Positions 20,489-34,712 are shown, counted from the first letter of the stretch. The stretch: DNA of 64,000 nucleotides from Torpedo marmorata (GCA_977017645.1 OZ360225.1:124372001-124436000); one strand, 5' to 3'. Numbers and translations: made by a program. Notes: generated by a model from the sequence alone, not told the origin.

Positions 20489-21896
20489 GTAAGTGTACAT
20501 CATCTGTTTTAGAATTGTTTAGCTCTTATAAAAAGTTGTAATTAAGCTTTTTATGGCCAGAAATATGGATTAAAATTTGTTTTGGTTCAACTTTCATTGA
20601 GATGTAAGTGCTCTGCACAAACAAGCCATTACCCTTTGGTAAGACTAACAATGCGAAGGTGGAAATGAACAATCAGAACATTATTTCATCATGCTATACG
20701 AGTTAAAAAATCAAGAAATAAGTCATTTTAGTAGGACCTTGCGATCGTTTGCACTTTCAAATGTACACATTCTAAAATAACGTGCTTTGTGGGAGAGCAC
20801 AGGAACACCTTCTGTCCTCTTTGGATGAGGCTGTCCAGAGTTGAGTAATGGTTACCATATTCCAAAGAGAAAAATGAAAATTTTTATGTTCTCTCTGAGC
20901 ATAAACTACTTCTTCAGGAATAAAAGCATGTTTTCAATATGTTCCTATTTCTGTGGCAAAAATAAGTACCACAGTAATTTCAGAAACACTGCCCGAAAAG
21001 CCAGTCGTTGCAACCTTATTTTAAACGTCATCCTACTTCATAAATGGCCTTCGAATATAATGTCCAAACACTTTTATTTGGGAGCTGGTTGGTGCCGGGT
21101 AATAATTATTCTTTATTGCACAATTTATTTGAGTAAACTTAGGGTTGGCCAGCAGAGGGAGTTAAGTTGTCAGTGCCACAAGGCACGCTTATCTGATGTT
21201 TTCATGAACGGATTAATGCGTTTATTTGAATATCAGCAAGTGAAATTTTATCTGGAAGTACAACACATTATTGTAGTCACCTATGGCACAATTTCATCAA
21301 TAACGCTTCAGAATGTTGAAAGAATGTAAGATTTCATTGATAAGTTTATGAAGCGAAAGTTTCCATTTACAATAATTATCACATTCCAGTGGAAATCCCG
21401 AGGTGCCCCTTTTGGCAATGTGATAAAGGCACTACATTTTGACGTTCAAAAACAAGAAGGAAACCAGAAATTATAAACCGGACCTTTACATTTCCTTAGT
21501 GAAATAGCAAACTTTGCAGAACATTATTGTGCAGAAGAACACGGGTGAATCTCTACTGAGCTCTTGTATTAACATTCTTACTTTACACAGGTGATCAGAA
21601 GAATTTAAATTGATATACATATTCTGTGAACTGTTTTATTTGTCATATCATGTACATTGGCAAATAGTTTTTTCTTCAGTTTATTGTAAAGCCGCCAGAC
21701 CCAATACTGACAATGTTTATATGCATTTTTGATGTAAGTACACATTTACAATGGATGTTTGGTCAGCTTCTGTTGTTTATTGCATCAATAAATAAAGTAT
21801 TCAAATGCTTTTTCCAGGTAGATACATTGTATATGTTTTCTTTCCAATTTTTGATGATCCATTGAGCAGCATGAATATTTGTACAGTATAATTGAG

Positions 21897-22125
21897 TGAT
21901 ACAGCATGACAACAAATCCTTCTGGCCCAGCCAAGAGCGTGTGCTGCCCAAGTACACCCATGTGATCAATCAATGTTCCAACCCTGTACAGTATATCTTT
22001 GGAATGTGGGAAGAAACCGGAGCACCCAGAGGAAACCCATGCGGTCACAGGGAGAATGTAAAAATCCTTACAGACAGCGCTGGATTCAAACATGGGTTGT
22101 TGACGCTGTAATAGCACTAACAGTA
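21897..22125 (-). mobile_element. V-SINE/HE1-like SINE
   Basis: GGAATGTGGGAAGAAACCGGAGCACCCAGAGGAAACCCATGCGGTCACAGGGAGAA is the reverse V-domain; a B-box-like GGATTCAAAC is present. Confidence 0.8.
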
Positions 22126-22461
22126 CAACCCAAAATATTAGTAGTTATCATTCTAGCATTAGTTTGTGATCAACATGTGTAGGACTTGAGTTTGGGTAAA
22201 TAAATGAATTCTCCTTTTGCTTGTGATGTCTGCAATTACCACTTACAACAATTTCTGGTCCATTGTGTGTATTTGTTCAAGTTTATTTGATGTTTGTTTT
22301 TCTCGTTAGTTTTAAAATGGATGGAAAATAATAGGGAAAATCATGAAAGATCTATTGTATGGAGTAGAATGTGGTCAATGCTGAAATATATTTGATGTTC
22401 TGTTACATCAATATAAGGCAGTTTTGGATGTTCGTCAATACAATATTTGTACTTCTTTTAA

Positions 22462-22686
22462 ACATACAGCATGGTAACAGGCCCTTCTGGCCCAGGATCC
22501 CGTGCTGCCCAAATGCCCCAATTGACCTACAACCCCCATATGTTATGAAGGGTGGGGGGAAACCAGAACACCCAGAGGAAACCCATGCAGACACGAGGAG
22601 AACATACAAACTCCTTACAAACAGCACCAAATTAAAACCCGGGTCACTGGTGCTGTAATATCGTTGTGGTAACTACTATGCTAACC
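22462..22686 (-). mobile_element. V-SINE/HE1-like SINE
   Basis: Similar to 21897..22125 (GGAAACCAGAACACCCAGAGGAAACCCATGCAGACAC). Confidence 0.8.
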
Positions 22687-23285
22687 AGAATTGCATCTGA
22701 AAAATATGTTAATTATTATGGACATCATTATTTCAAAAGTTCAGTGGCTGCCCTTTGGATTGCTGACTTTTGTAATCAGAAATCAGTTTGCAAGAATTTG
22801 TATTGGAAATTCAGATGTATAATTTTCCAGTCAATTATATTTCATTAGGCAATTAAATACTTCAATGCAGATGATGCCAGGAATTTAAGGTCAGAAGCCT
22901 TTTCCCTTTGAAGTTTGTGTTAAGACTTCTGAATGACCAATGATTTGGAGATGTGCCATTGGAATAGTATAGTTGCAGTTCTGTGTTTGTGTTAAACTGT
23001 TATACATATATCCTGTGATGTGACCTAGTCACTCCTCAACATTTGGTGATTATTTTAGCACTGCTTCATGAATACTCAAAGAAGTTGTGCAAAATACAAC
23101 CAATTTATTTTTTATCTATAAATGTCTTTATCATGGACTCTATAATAAATTAAATAATTATTGCACAGAGCAAACAAAAAGGGAATATAAAGCTCTCCAT
23201 AAACACCTTCAGCGACAGTTTTCCCACCACAGAAACAGGCATCAATCATTACCATCATTTTCCTGCTACTTAGCCAGTTTTGGAT

Positions 23286-23520
23286 GTAAAGGTAAAGGTT
23301 CCATTATTGTCACATAATACTACATTTAGAATGTAACATACATGAAATTCTTTAATTTTTGTCTACCGTAAGGCAGACAAAGGTCGCTATTTTGTCCAGG
23401 GCCCCTCACAGAAACCTACAGCACCTGGTGTTCCTTGGCGGTCTCCCCTCCAAGTACTGACCAGTCCTGTGCCTGCTTAGCTTCTGAGATCAGACAATCC
23501 CAGTCGTATTCAGGCTATTA
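23286..23520 (-). mobile_element. 5S rRNA-derived SINE (SINE3-type) with a LINE-like tail
   Basis: The reverse of 23412..23520 reads ...CTGATCTCAGAAGCTAAGCAGG...GGTCAGTACTTGGAGGGGAGACCGCC.AGGAACACCAGGTGCTGTAGGTTT (5S rRNA). It is followed by ~125 nt ending GTGACAATAATGGAACCTTTACCTTTAC. Confidence 0.85.
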
Positions 23521-24869
23521 ATTTTCTACTCTCCCTTTGGTGCCATCTGCTGTTACTTATTTTATTTTAAAAGCATGCTATGTGGAACTTTGTCAGAAAC
23601 TTTGCTCGTCCTTGTAAAGTAGGTTAAATGCACCACCCTAATTAGGGTTCCTTTTTGACTTCTACAATTAGTCTGACCTTTCTTTAACAGATCCATGATC
23701 ATTGTACTTTATTAACCTGTGCCATTCTAAATGAAGGTTCATACTGTCTCTCAGATTTTAATCTAATAATTTTCCCAATATTGAAGTTGAGTGAATTACC
23801 TTGTATTTCCTTCCTTCCTTCCTTCCTTCCCCTTTACTGTTCTATGGTACAGAGAAATTTGGTTCCGTTGGCCATCCACAGAAGTCTAGATAATGTGTAA
23901 GAGAAAGCCAATTACATTAGTGCAGTAGAGCAGGAGAAGCATTTCCATCAAGAAAATAATGTCTTTTGTGGCCTCAGGAGTCCCTGCAGAAAAAAACCAG
24001 GTGTCTGAGGAAGAATACTCTGCCATATGCACCCCGTTACTTTAGAGGAAGTTTCATGAGCAGCTCAGACATAAAAACTGGTGTTGACAAAGATGCATGA
24101 ACGGGGCAGAGTGAGCAGGCCAACAAATGTGTTGTTTGATAAACTGCCATTGTAAAAATCAGTAGACCAGGAGACCGAAGGGCCGTGTTGCTCCAAAATA
24201 GTTTTGTGTGGGGAAAGAGTTTTCATAAATTCTCTTCAAAATTGTGAGCAAATCCAGGGATCAGTGTGCCAAGTCAAGGGAAGGGCTAGGGTAATGGTTT
24301 AGTGAGGCTTGTAATGGGAATTGGAGGGACAAGTTCGATCATCAGACTGGTGGCCTTAGCTATGATAGAAATTGATGCATGGTGTGAGATAAAATGTCGG
24401 TTGGAGCGATGGTGGGAAGGAATGAGGTTGATTTGTCAAATTGTGGGTGTGAGGTGGCATTGATGATGGTTGTGGTATACTTAGGTTGGGGGATGTCTGG
24501 AAAGTGATGGTGCTGGGGGAGAACCGTCATGACAATTAGGCTATATTTGGATCTGACCTACATGGGTCAGGTTCCCAATGCTGAGCTTCACTAGCTGTAA
24601 CCAACTTGGAGATTAATACCCTTTAAGCAATGCAGAAACAGGCCCTGGAAGCGCTGTGAAGGCTTGGCTCTGCATGAGTGGCCTATGATGTTTGTGTACA
24701 TAAACCCTCTTGGTATTCAGGTGCGTATCAGATGCACGGAGAACCCAGAAAGTAAATGGCGCATCATACAACTTGCAGTAAATCTTGAATGTTTTTCTTT
24801 TTGTTATTGCATTTTTTCATTATATTTGAATCACCCCCATCCCCCAATCCACCTCAAGCCCAGATTCTG

Positions 24870-25068
24870 TGAGTTACCTACACACCATGCGCAATTTATA
24901 GGGTCCAATCCAATTAACTGACCACCTGCACATTTTTGGGATGTGGGAAGAAACACAGTTGCAGGAAGAATGAGCAAGCTCCATGTACACAACACTGGAG
25001 GTTGAGATTGAACCCAAGTCGCTGAAGCTGCAAGGTAGCAACTCTAAGCTGCACAACTGTGCCACCCA
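24870..25068 (-). mobile_element. V-SINE/HE1-like SINE
   Basis: TTTTTGGGATGTGGGAAGAAAC...GATTGAACCCAAGTCGCTG...CTGTGCCACC. Confidence 0.7.
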
Positions 25069-25534
25069 AATACTTTTAATTCAAAATGGCACAGAGTGAT
25101 CCATTTCGTGGGCATCATTAACAATGTTTATTACATTGTAAACAACCAATTTCACCTGAAGGTGTCAAGGTGGTTTGCAGCAGGCATTAGTTGAGAAAGT
25201 TGTACAATGAATAAAGGTAGTGAGGCTTCCGAAAAGGGGGCTTTTCATTAAATTTTAAATTCTTTATATTTATGAAAGGAAATATTTTGTTATCTGGAAG
25301 ACTTTGGAGCTGAATGAAAATAACAAAGGTGTCTGTTATAAACTTATGCAAAACAACACAGTTGTTTCAAATCTCAGATTTTGTTGAAGATTTTCTTCAA
25401 TAATTTCAGCAACCCTCTGATTTGGTTAATCAAATAATATTTTTTTCAGTAGAGCCTAGACATTTTTAAAGTTTTCATTTGCCTGGATATCCAAAATTGA
25501 TCTATTTCTAGGACTATGGTAATAATTCTTTTAT

Positions 25535-26095
25535 ATTCTTTTTATTGAATTATATATATAAAACAAAAAATGTAAGAACAAGAGAAATGTACTCTACAGG
25601 TCCAGAGTAAATACAATGTATCCTAGAATAAAAAAATCATTGCAACTATGATAAACAAATAGGCAGAATTCAGTATTATATCTCTTGTTCCTGCAGAAAA
25701 AAGAAACCAAAAGTAAAAGACTGTAACTAATTAATCCTGAATCTAGAGCCCCTAAACTAAAAAGAAAAAAGACGCTGGGACACCTTAAACCACCAAAAGG
25801 GTAACAGTAACAGTACGTTGGTGAATTGCCTTATATGTAAATAAGTAAGTTCAGGAAGAGATTATAAACGTTTTGTATATTATATACAAAATAGTAAACC
25901 ACTGTATTATTCATAAACATTAAAATATTCCATAAAAGTGTGCCACATTTTATCAAACTTAACTTCAGTTTTCAAAACATTACATCTAATCTTCTCAAGG
26001 TTCAAGCATGATAAGGTTTGGGTCGTCCATTGTGCAGAACTGGGAGGGATAGAGTCCTTCCATCTTAGCAAAATATGGACTATGGTAATAATTGG
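25535..26095 (-). mobile_element. L1-clade ORF2 3' end
   Basis: ILLRWKDSIPPSSAQW...LEKIR...KFDKMWHTFMEYF is a typical fish L1 C-terminus; AATAAAAAG end at ~25540. Confidence 0.75.
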
Positions 26096-27804
26096 TATTT
26101 TATTATTCAATAGTTATGTATCAATTATTTTCCCAGTTAATCTTACCCGTAAGATTATCTGTTCCCTGCATTATATTTTAGTTACATATAATGTTCATTG
26201 AGGCTCTACAAGTGTAATTTTTTAATCAAGTGCACTAATTTTAATAAAGTAATAGACAATACAACAGTACACTATGAGCATTTTTATTTTGTGCATTTTA
26301 GTTTCTTTACTAACATAAACTAATCCCAAACTTAAACAAATTATCTACCAGAAAACAGCTTTCTCCAATTTGAATTTTGAATTTTATGCACAGATATTAC
26401 TGAAGTTAAATTTGTACTTTGTTGTAACATTTGCTCTCAGCAGATGAAACAATGAACCATTTACTTCTGGTTGACTTGCCTTTTTTTGAATTGAAAGCCA
26501 ATTTACACAGTAAAAGCAATATTAATTTGAATCAAGTTGATTTGATATGAATGCAGTCTCCTGTTGGTGTTTACATTGCTGCTGCCTAATCCAAAATTTT
26601 CCATGAATGTCTTATATCAAGTGACACATGCTTTGCTTCTTAGGACAGAAAGCTATAGGTAATTTAATGAATTGAGCTCTACTGTTGTAGTTTGAATAAA
26701 GTTTATTTGTAACCATTCTGAGAAAATTTATTGAAAGTGTGCAAAGGGGCTTAACATGTATTGGACTGGAAAACATGCTTGAAAGGAAAATTTGACTTGG
26801 TGTAGGATGTACATGAAATTTGTGCCCCCAGCTCATTATTGTGATTTGAAACTATTTGGAGAGGTGCTTATTGGCTGTGCTTGATAATGGAGTAATTCCA
26901 CTGGTTTTGCAGTGTTAGAGAGGGAAGGTACCCTGGATTGAGAGAGAGTTTTTTGACTGCCTTGGGGAATGAGTTGGAGGAACTCTTCTTCCTGCAGGCC
27001 CCAGTGTGGCTTGTTCATAGTCAAGCATCAGTGGAGAAGTCCAATTAAAATCAACTCCAGGAAGTTCTAGAGAAGTGGATGCAGTGCACAAAAAGCTTAA
27101 TGTCTGTGTCTGCATGAACAAGATCGGTTAAAGGCAATATCAAATCCCTCTCTGAAAAACTGTGCCATATACCTCACATGATGCTTCACACTCTAATCAC
27201 CAACACAACATTAGTCTCCATCATCGGGACTCCTATGGAATTTTCCTTATCTAAGTCTCACAGCTTCTGCATCCCTCAGCCTTATCAGACGTTGCAAAGT
27301 ACTTGCTAGTACATTTTGCTATCACTTGAAGAGAAGAAGGCAGTAAACAAACATTGTCAGTGAGCATATACTTATTCTATGGACCTATTTTATGACCAAT
27401 ATTAGGCCTCTTTATAGCAAGGTTCATGCCCAGAAGTGGTATAAAGATCATTTGAGTGTACTAATATGCTCTGGTCCAATATCTCCCTTCCTTCTACACC
27501 CTTGCCCACTGTACTCTAATTCCTTTACAGGAGAGCTGCTGCTTTGAAAAGCCTGCACCTGTTACATGTCCTTTCTACTTATCACCATATCCTTGTGCTT
27601 TCCTTCCTTCAGATATAGATGTTAATTAAACTATTTGAAAGAATAAGACATTGCATTTTATTTTGTTTGAGGCATAGAAATACATTAATTTAATCCATAA
27701 ATAGAAAACTTGCTTCATGACTGGAGTTACAACTAGATGTAATTTTCAATTTTTTTGTCAAGGTACACCATTTGAACCTTTTAATTATCTGAAGAATAAC
27801 CATA

Positions 27805-28283
27805 GTAACTGCCTAGTACAAGACCGCAAAGTACTCCAGCGGGTGGTGAAAACTGCCCAGCGGATTATTGGCATGCAGTTGCCCACCATCGAGAACATCT
27901 ATAGAGAACGGTGTCTGGGCAGGGCGAGGAACATCATTAAGGATGCATCACACCCAAATCATGGACTTTTTACTCTTCTCCCATCGGGCAGACGCTACAG
28001 GAGCCTTCGCTCGCGTACCAGCAGGCTGAAGAAGAGTTTCTTTCATGAGGCTGTGAGCCTGATGAACACTGAATCACAGCGCTGAGTGGTACTGCACTCA
28101 CAGTGTAATATCAGTACTTTTATAATAGTTTGTTGTTGAATAGGTTGTCGTTGTTGATTAGGTTATTGTTGGTTTTAATTGCACATGTTTTACTGTGATG
28201 TATATAGCACTATTTTTTAACTTCTGGTTGGATGCTAGTTGTATCTCATTGGCTTGTTTTGAACTGGTACAATGACAATAAAG
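27805..28283 (+). mobile_element. Rex1/Babar 3' end with an (ATCTA)n tail
   Basis: LQRVVKTAQRIIG...[31 protein letters not shown]; TGACAATAAAGTGCATCTAATCTAATCTAA. Confidence 0.9.
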
Positions 28284-30332
28284 TGCATCTAATCTAATCT
28301 AATAGGCTTGATTGTGCCTTTGGCTGGGATCCATCTGGATTTACTACCAAGTCCAGGGCAGTTCTGGATCATCCTGAGCCGGAAGTTTGGATACACTTTA
28401 TTTCTGGCCTTTTAGCTTTATGCCAGCCATGGTCCCATTCTTTTAAATGTAGTTGCTGACCTTCATTAAAAACATAAGTGGAACATTTTTGTTTCTTTTT
28501 TATTTTTGATTTATATCAATGTTACATTATTTAGAGGAGTTTAATGCATTTTAAATGGTTTTTAATTACTGTATTCAATACTTAGCATCAGTGGTCTACC
28601 TTGTATTCCACCAGCAAGAGAGGCTGTCACACATCACAACTTTTTTTAATCGAAAGGGCATTAAGTATTATATAGTCCACAAATGGTCTACATGCTGTGC
28701 ATCAATCACCTTATTTGAATGAATTCAACATCTCTCACTCCTTACTCACAAGAGCTTTGGATGTCAATCTTCTAACCATGGATTTTTAGTGCGATGCTGT
28801 GTATTCCAACATTTCCATTTGTTTCTCCCTTTCCAAGCTTCCATCTGTCATGAACTCTTTGGAACAAAGTGAAGAGATTTTTTTTAACTTTGAAAAAATT
28901 TACCCTGCATAAACAGATTTATTGCATTTAATTACTGTTTTTGGCTTCTGAAAACTCCAATACTCTCATGAGGAATTAAACAAAAATGATCATAATTTCT
29001 TCCTTTTTTCTGTACCCCTTTTATCTGTAAAATCAATGGATAAAGCTTTCTATCTATGTACCAAATGTTGACCATCTATTTTAACAGCTGTGACAATAAC
29101 AAAGCCCCAACTGTATTACTTCTCTTTCTGTATGGATGAGTTCAGGGGAACATCAATTGGACCAATCTTGTTAATATGCATTACTTTTACAATTTACAAA
29201 TTGTGCATAAAAATAAACAACATGTAGTGTTATTAAAACCAAAGGCTATGCAGTCACACCATAATTATAGTAATTTGCTAATAAAATTGGTGATAGACAA
29301 ACTGGTGTCTTGTTACCAGACTCAACAAAACTGCTATAGTCCAAATTATAGAATGAAGAAACTATCTTTTGTTATCCAAGCCTGTTTCCTATCCAAATCT
29401 GTTCATTCATGATCACATGTCATTTGCATTTCACTCAAAAGTTTTCTTCCTCAAGGGATTTAGCTGTTTATTTTCAATCTGTGAAGGCACTCGGTTCTAC
29501 TTACTTTTCCCAGACCAAGCCACCAGTGTGGTCAATCTACTGTTTGTACCACACTTTCAGCTCTTGGAAACATTATCTGTGTGTTCTTATGGCAAGGAAG
29601 CATTCATAGACTTAGACTAGTATATGAGCAAACATTTCGTGAAACAAAAGTTTCAAACAGATATTATGGTCATGTATATTGTGGATCTCAATGGAAATAT
29701 TTCCACGTATACCAGTTCTAATTTAAGTCCATTTAAGGAAATGTTTTACATAGAATAAACTATGAAATTATAGAATTTGCTCTTATTATTTCCTGGTTTT
29801 AGTATTTAGTGAGCCAATTCATACTGTGCCTCAGTGAGACCTGGAGTCACCAGTGCTTCAAAATCTATTTCAATTGTTTCCAAATCCCTCTATTAATCAG
29901 ACATATACCTAGGCTGTATATTACTCTCACTGCATTGCCAATAAATACAATTGTAATTCATCGTTCACCCTTTGTTCCAAATCTGCATTGTCTCTAATTA
30001 TAATACTATTCATTTCACTATATTGCTGACATGAAATTTCAACAAACAATCCAGGTTTCAAATCAAATTTATAAATTTGAACCATGCCAAAATGCTTACA
30101 AACATCAACTTATCAACTTTTTGCATTCCTCTGTTCCCTGTCTTCTGGAAGCTTATGCAGTCCTTATCGTTTTACATCCTGCTCCATAAGAGACAAAATC
30201 AAAATGGATGGAAATGTGCGAGTTTCAGTGTGGCAGATTGTGGATAGGTTGGAATGAAGATCTTGAGTTAGAATATCTGACTTTGTACGTCACCACCTGG
30301 GCAAGGTGGCAGTGTTTCTGGGCTGTCTGGCT

Positions 30333-30463
30333 CTGTACCTTGATGAAGGGCTCAGGCCCGAAATGTTGGTGTACCATCGTATAGATGCTGCATGACCTGC
30401 ATCGTTTCTCCGGCACGTTTGTGTATTGCACTCAATCCCAACATCTGCAGACGTTCCTGTTTA
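30333..30463 (+). mobile_element. Short Penelope-type terminal-repeat insertion flanked by a ~21-bp direct repeat
   Basis: AGTGTT(T)CTGGGCTGTCTGGCT at 30311..30332 and 30464..30484; the insert begins with TTGATGAAGGGCTCAGGCCCGAAATGTT. Confidence 0.75.
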
Positions 30464-31659
30464 AGTGTTCTGGGCTGTCTGGCTGAAAGGCAAGTGCATG
30501 GGGACTGCCTGGGTGGTAGAAATTGAAGCTGTTAAACAAGAAAATTTGCAGATGCTGGGGTCAAGTGTAATGGTCCCTTCGTCAGGTAGAAAAAAACAGG
30601 CTGATGCTGAATAAAAAGGTGGGGGGAGGTGGGGAAGAGGAGAGGAAGGGGGAGCAATGGAATCTCAATTACTGCCAGACCTGGGAAGGACTGAAAATTT
30701 GTGCTTTATGTGGCATGTGCCACACCCCAATGTGATGCCTTAGTAATCTTTGTTATCTGTGGAGGATAGATAGCTGGACTGTATGCTGGTAGCCACTGCT
30801 GTGACAGCAGTAAATGGGCTGGTAGCTGGAAGAGTTAAGACTCACAGGGTGTCTTCAACCCAATCTCTTCTTGTTCTTCAGCACTGCCTAGCCAGGAAGT
30901 AGATCTTGGCAAACTCATCGTTAAATCTAGAAAAGCTTGAAGGATAATTGAGAACTTGGTAGTGGGAGGGAAAATTTAGTTTCAGGATATTATCATGTAC
31001 CACAGATTGTGCTCCACCTGCTGGTCACAGGCTGCAAATCTGTCACTCCCTATGTGGCCAGTGCAGTTTCCAGTTGCAGGTAAGATGGTGCAGCAGTACT
31101 TGTATGCTTCACTCTTCCTTTATCCGCCTTCAGTTGTGCATCACCTTGCTTGCAAAGGGGTAAAAAGTACATAACTAAATGCACCCTCTGCGAATTGTTT
31201 CTGAGTAATTGGCATTGTGAACAAAGAGAAGCTGGAGGGACTTAGCGGGTCAGGCACCATCTGCGGAGAATAAAGGACAGTCAAAGTTTCAGGTGGGGAC
31301 CCTTTATCAAGATTCCAACATCTGCAGTTCTTGTGTTTCCCAAATTTTCAGTGCATGCAGTTTATGAGAGATGTTTGTGAGATTTACAGCAATCGTCTGT
31401 GAGTGAGAGAATGACAGTATTTGATTATTCGGTACAAATCCTGACAGAATTTATTTTGTAAGGAAATGATGAGCATGTGATACATGAAACATTGTTTGAG
31501 TCTTGTGGTAAAGATAGATTATGGTTGTTTAAAATATAATCTCTGACCTTCACCATGTGTGTGAGGTCTTTTCACTCCTCATGCCTTTGCAGCTAGATAT
31601 TTGGGGCTTGACTCCTTGTTTGCTGTACCTATCTCTGCCTATTGTCATCTTTTGGGGGT

Positions 31660-32400
31660 GAAAGAAAGAAAATCTTGCATTTCTATAATACTTTTCATAT
31701 TCCTTTCAGGAGGTCCCAAATACTTTACAGCTAATAAAGTGCTTTTGAAACGCAGCCACTGTCGTAAAGAGTTAAGAGAACACAGAAATGACTCACAAAC
31801 TGCAAAGAATGCCAGTTCAAGTTTATCATCCCCTGTATCAGATATGCACTGAATGAGGAGGTTTTGTGAGCTGACAAGTGAGGAGCTGCATTGGGATGAC
31901 TGATTGAAAGTTTGGTAAACAGAATGTATTTCCAATCAATGAATATCCAAGGCAAAGGAAAAGCAAGCTGCTTTTAGAAATTCCAGAGAGTAGGGCTGGA
32001 TTAGCTGAACGTAATGTACCGAGGTGGAGTGAAAGAAAGTAGATACATAGAAAGCTGAACCTGGAGGACCATAAGATATTAAAGTATGGGGCAGTAACAT
32101 TAAGTTGGGGTATGTTGGGGAGAGATTTCAGCCTGAGGATGGGGAGTTTAAATTGTAGGGTTCCAACATGATGTGGATGATGGCAACAGTGACTTTGTGT
32201 GGGAGGGTAGATTAGATATATTTTCGCCAAACATGCATATTACTGAGGCCAGAAAGGAAGGTGTTGGTTTGACGAAATCTAAAGATGGTTAGTAGTTTCA
32301 GCTGCATGTGTGCATGTAGAGCAGTGGGATTCATGCAAGGTGGGAAATGTTGCCCAGGGGCACAAATCCGTCAAGGGATTGAGAAGTATTTGTGCCTATA
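31660..32400 (-). mobile_element. Decayed L2-like 3' end
   Basis: AAAGAAAGAAAATCTTGCATTTCTATAATAC...TCCCAAATACTTTACAGC is the reverse L2/SINE tail. Confidence 0.5.
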
Positions 32401-34712
32401 AATTGGAATACACTGACATTTTGTCCATTAAAACATTGCATTCATTGCTTGTGCAAAATTTGTGCTTCCTGTACAAAAAGGTGTGAATTTGGTCAAAGTT
32501 CATCCATAGACAAGGGAAAGGAGGACTTGCGTGATTCCTAACAGGACTTTGCCCAATTTGGTTCAATTCCAAACACTTTCCTGCATAGCAGTCAGATAAG
32601 GATGTCAGCCCTTAAAGCACTCAAATTACCTCGCCCTTCCCCTGATCCCAACCCCACCCTCCCGTTATATAATACACATACACCACCCATAGAGTAAGAA
32701 TGCTTCAGCTGTCTTGGGAGTGATTGAAGCTGCAGAGAGAGAAAAATTGTTCCCACATTCACTTAAAGGACATGCACATCCCATTCAACAAGATGTATAA
32801 GGAAGAGTGGTCTTGTTTACCAGGGGCTTAAAGACCTGCCAAGTTTATTTCAAAAGATCCTGGCAGAGCGGTTGTAGTAAACACTTCCATAATTGAGCGT
32901 CCAAGCACTATGGAGCCAAACTGAAAGAAATTCCCTGTTCCCATCCCATGTATGATCTACACAATATACAGTAGTTCACACAGAGTGGAGATTCATACCT
33001 AAAGGGGTACTCGTTGTTTTTCTTGGACATTGTTTTGAAGATCGTGCAGTTTTGTTTATCAGAAACTATGTGAAGGAAATTCCAAAGAAAAATAATGTTT
33101 TCAGCAGATGACTCTAAAATGGGATTTATTTGCATCACATTCCAGTTTACAAATTGAAGTTTGATAATATGAAACCCTTGTTTACTTCCTAGAAATATGA
33201 AGAATATTGACCTTCATAAAATTGGAAAGTGTACTTTGATTATATTCCTGGATTACTGATGCACCTTTCAGATCTTAATGATATGGACTTTCTCTTTTAT
33301 TTTCCTTGGACGTCTAAATCTAGAAAAGATTTTCAGCCTGACCTCCTGGGTTTTGCTGTGGCTGATGATTTCTCTGTTTTTTTTCTCCTTAAACTGTTTT
33401 CTGATTTTTAAACTCTCAGCTGGCTCTTCTTTGGCATTGCTGCAAGCATCTTATTTCCCCTGTTAGTTCAGAGTTTTTAGATTAGTGCACTTTTTTACAC
33501 TTTTGGATTAACTGCTATCAGGAGTTGGGATAAGGGGGTGATTACCTTGTGTGCATTTCTGGTCAGTCCTTTATTTCCATTGATTTTACAGTAGGATGTT
33601 GAGCAATGGAAGGGGCTGTTTCTTGCAATAATTCCTATTTGGGATTACAGCTCTTTTTTTATACCCCTAACTTGTGTTCTTGTCCAATTCAACTTTTCAA
33701 TAGCAAATGAAAATCAGAAAAAAGACAGATACTAGACATAGAATAGAAATAGAAAATGCTGAAAATACTCAGCAGGTCAGATCTGACAGAGGATCTCGGA
33801 CCAGACATGTTGACTCTGTTTCTCTTTCCAAAGATGCTGCCTGGCCTTTCCAGCATGATCAAAATTTCAACCCCTGATGCTTTAATTTTCTTATCTTCTC
33901 TCTTACATCTCTGCTACTTTCTCTGTGCAGGCTAGGGCCCTATATGTTTTGTCTCAATCCTAAAGTCTTCTAATTTGTTCCACTTACTGGGTTTTTAATG
34001 TGTCCACGATTACTAATTGAAAGATTTCTCTCAGCTCTTGTTATTCATGTAACTGGTTCATAATCACCTGCTGGCATATTCTAAAATACAATGTTTCCCT
34101 GAAATTTTCTTTTTTTATTGGTTTGTTCCTTTATTTGTCATGCCAACTTTTCTGCAATAATATTCCAATTCTCAATACTGAACTTTATTTTTTGATGTAA
34201 CCTTTTTCCCCTATTTTCTTGAACATCCTGTCCATGCTATTACCTCAATTATTGCTGGTAGAAATGCCACACATTTATCCTGCCTGATATGTAAAGTATT
34301 TTTTTTTGTTTCTTTTAGTTGTCCATGTATTTTCTGCAATAAGAAAGTAAAATTTCTGGCTACAAGACTTTCAAAGATCACTAGTCAATATTTGATATCT
34401 GTAGTGAAGCTTGGAAGCAATTTCCAACAGTGGTGTAAAGATCTTGCTACAGCTGCAGTCTGATCCCATTGTAATTCTTTCCATGCTATTGAAGCATTTA
34501 ACCTTTATGACATGAATGCCAAGTTCTATGCACATAAATATGCAGGTATACGCAGCTCTCTTGTGCTCTGCTGCTCTAAGTAGAAAGCAGCCAATTATTC
34601 TGTGTCATCATGATTGGTTATAAATTTTACATTTTTATTTTAAGAAATCATTCTTGGAAAATTAGCCTTCAAAATTTCTGAGCTGTCTTTTATTTAACTG
34701 TTTGCTTTGCAG

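Noticed and set aside
20841-21329. 162-aa ORF in intron 2
   Set aside because: Non-ATG start, AT-rich composition, no motif; a chance ORF.
23412-23520. Functional 5S rRNA gene
   Set aside because: The 5' end is missing or diverged, there are many substitutions, it is not in a tandem array, and it is fused to a LINE-like tail.
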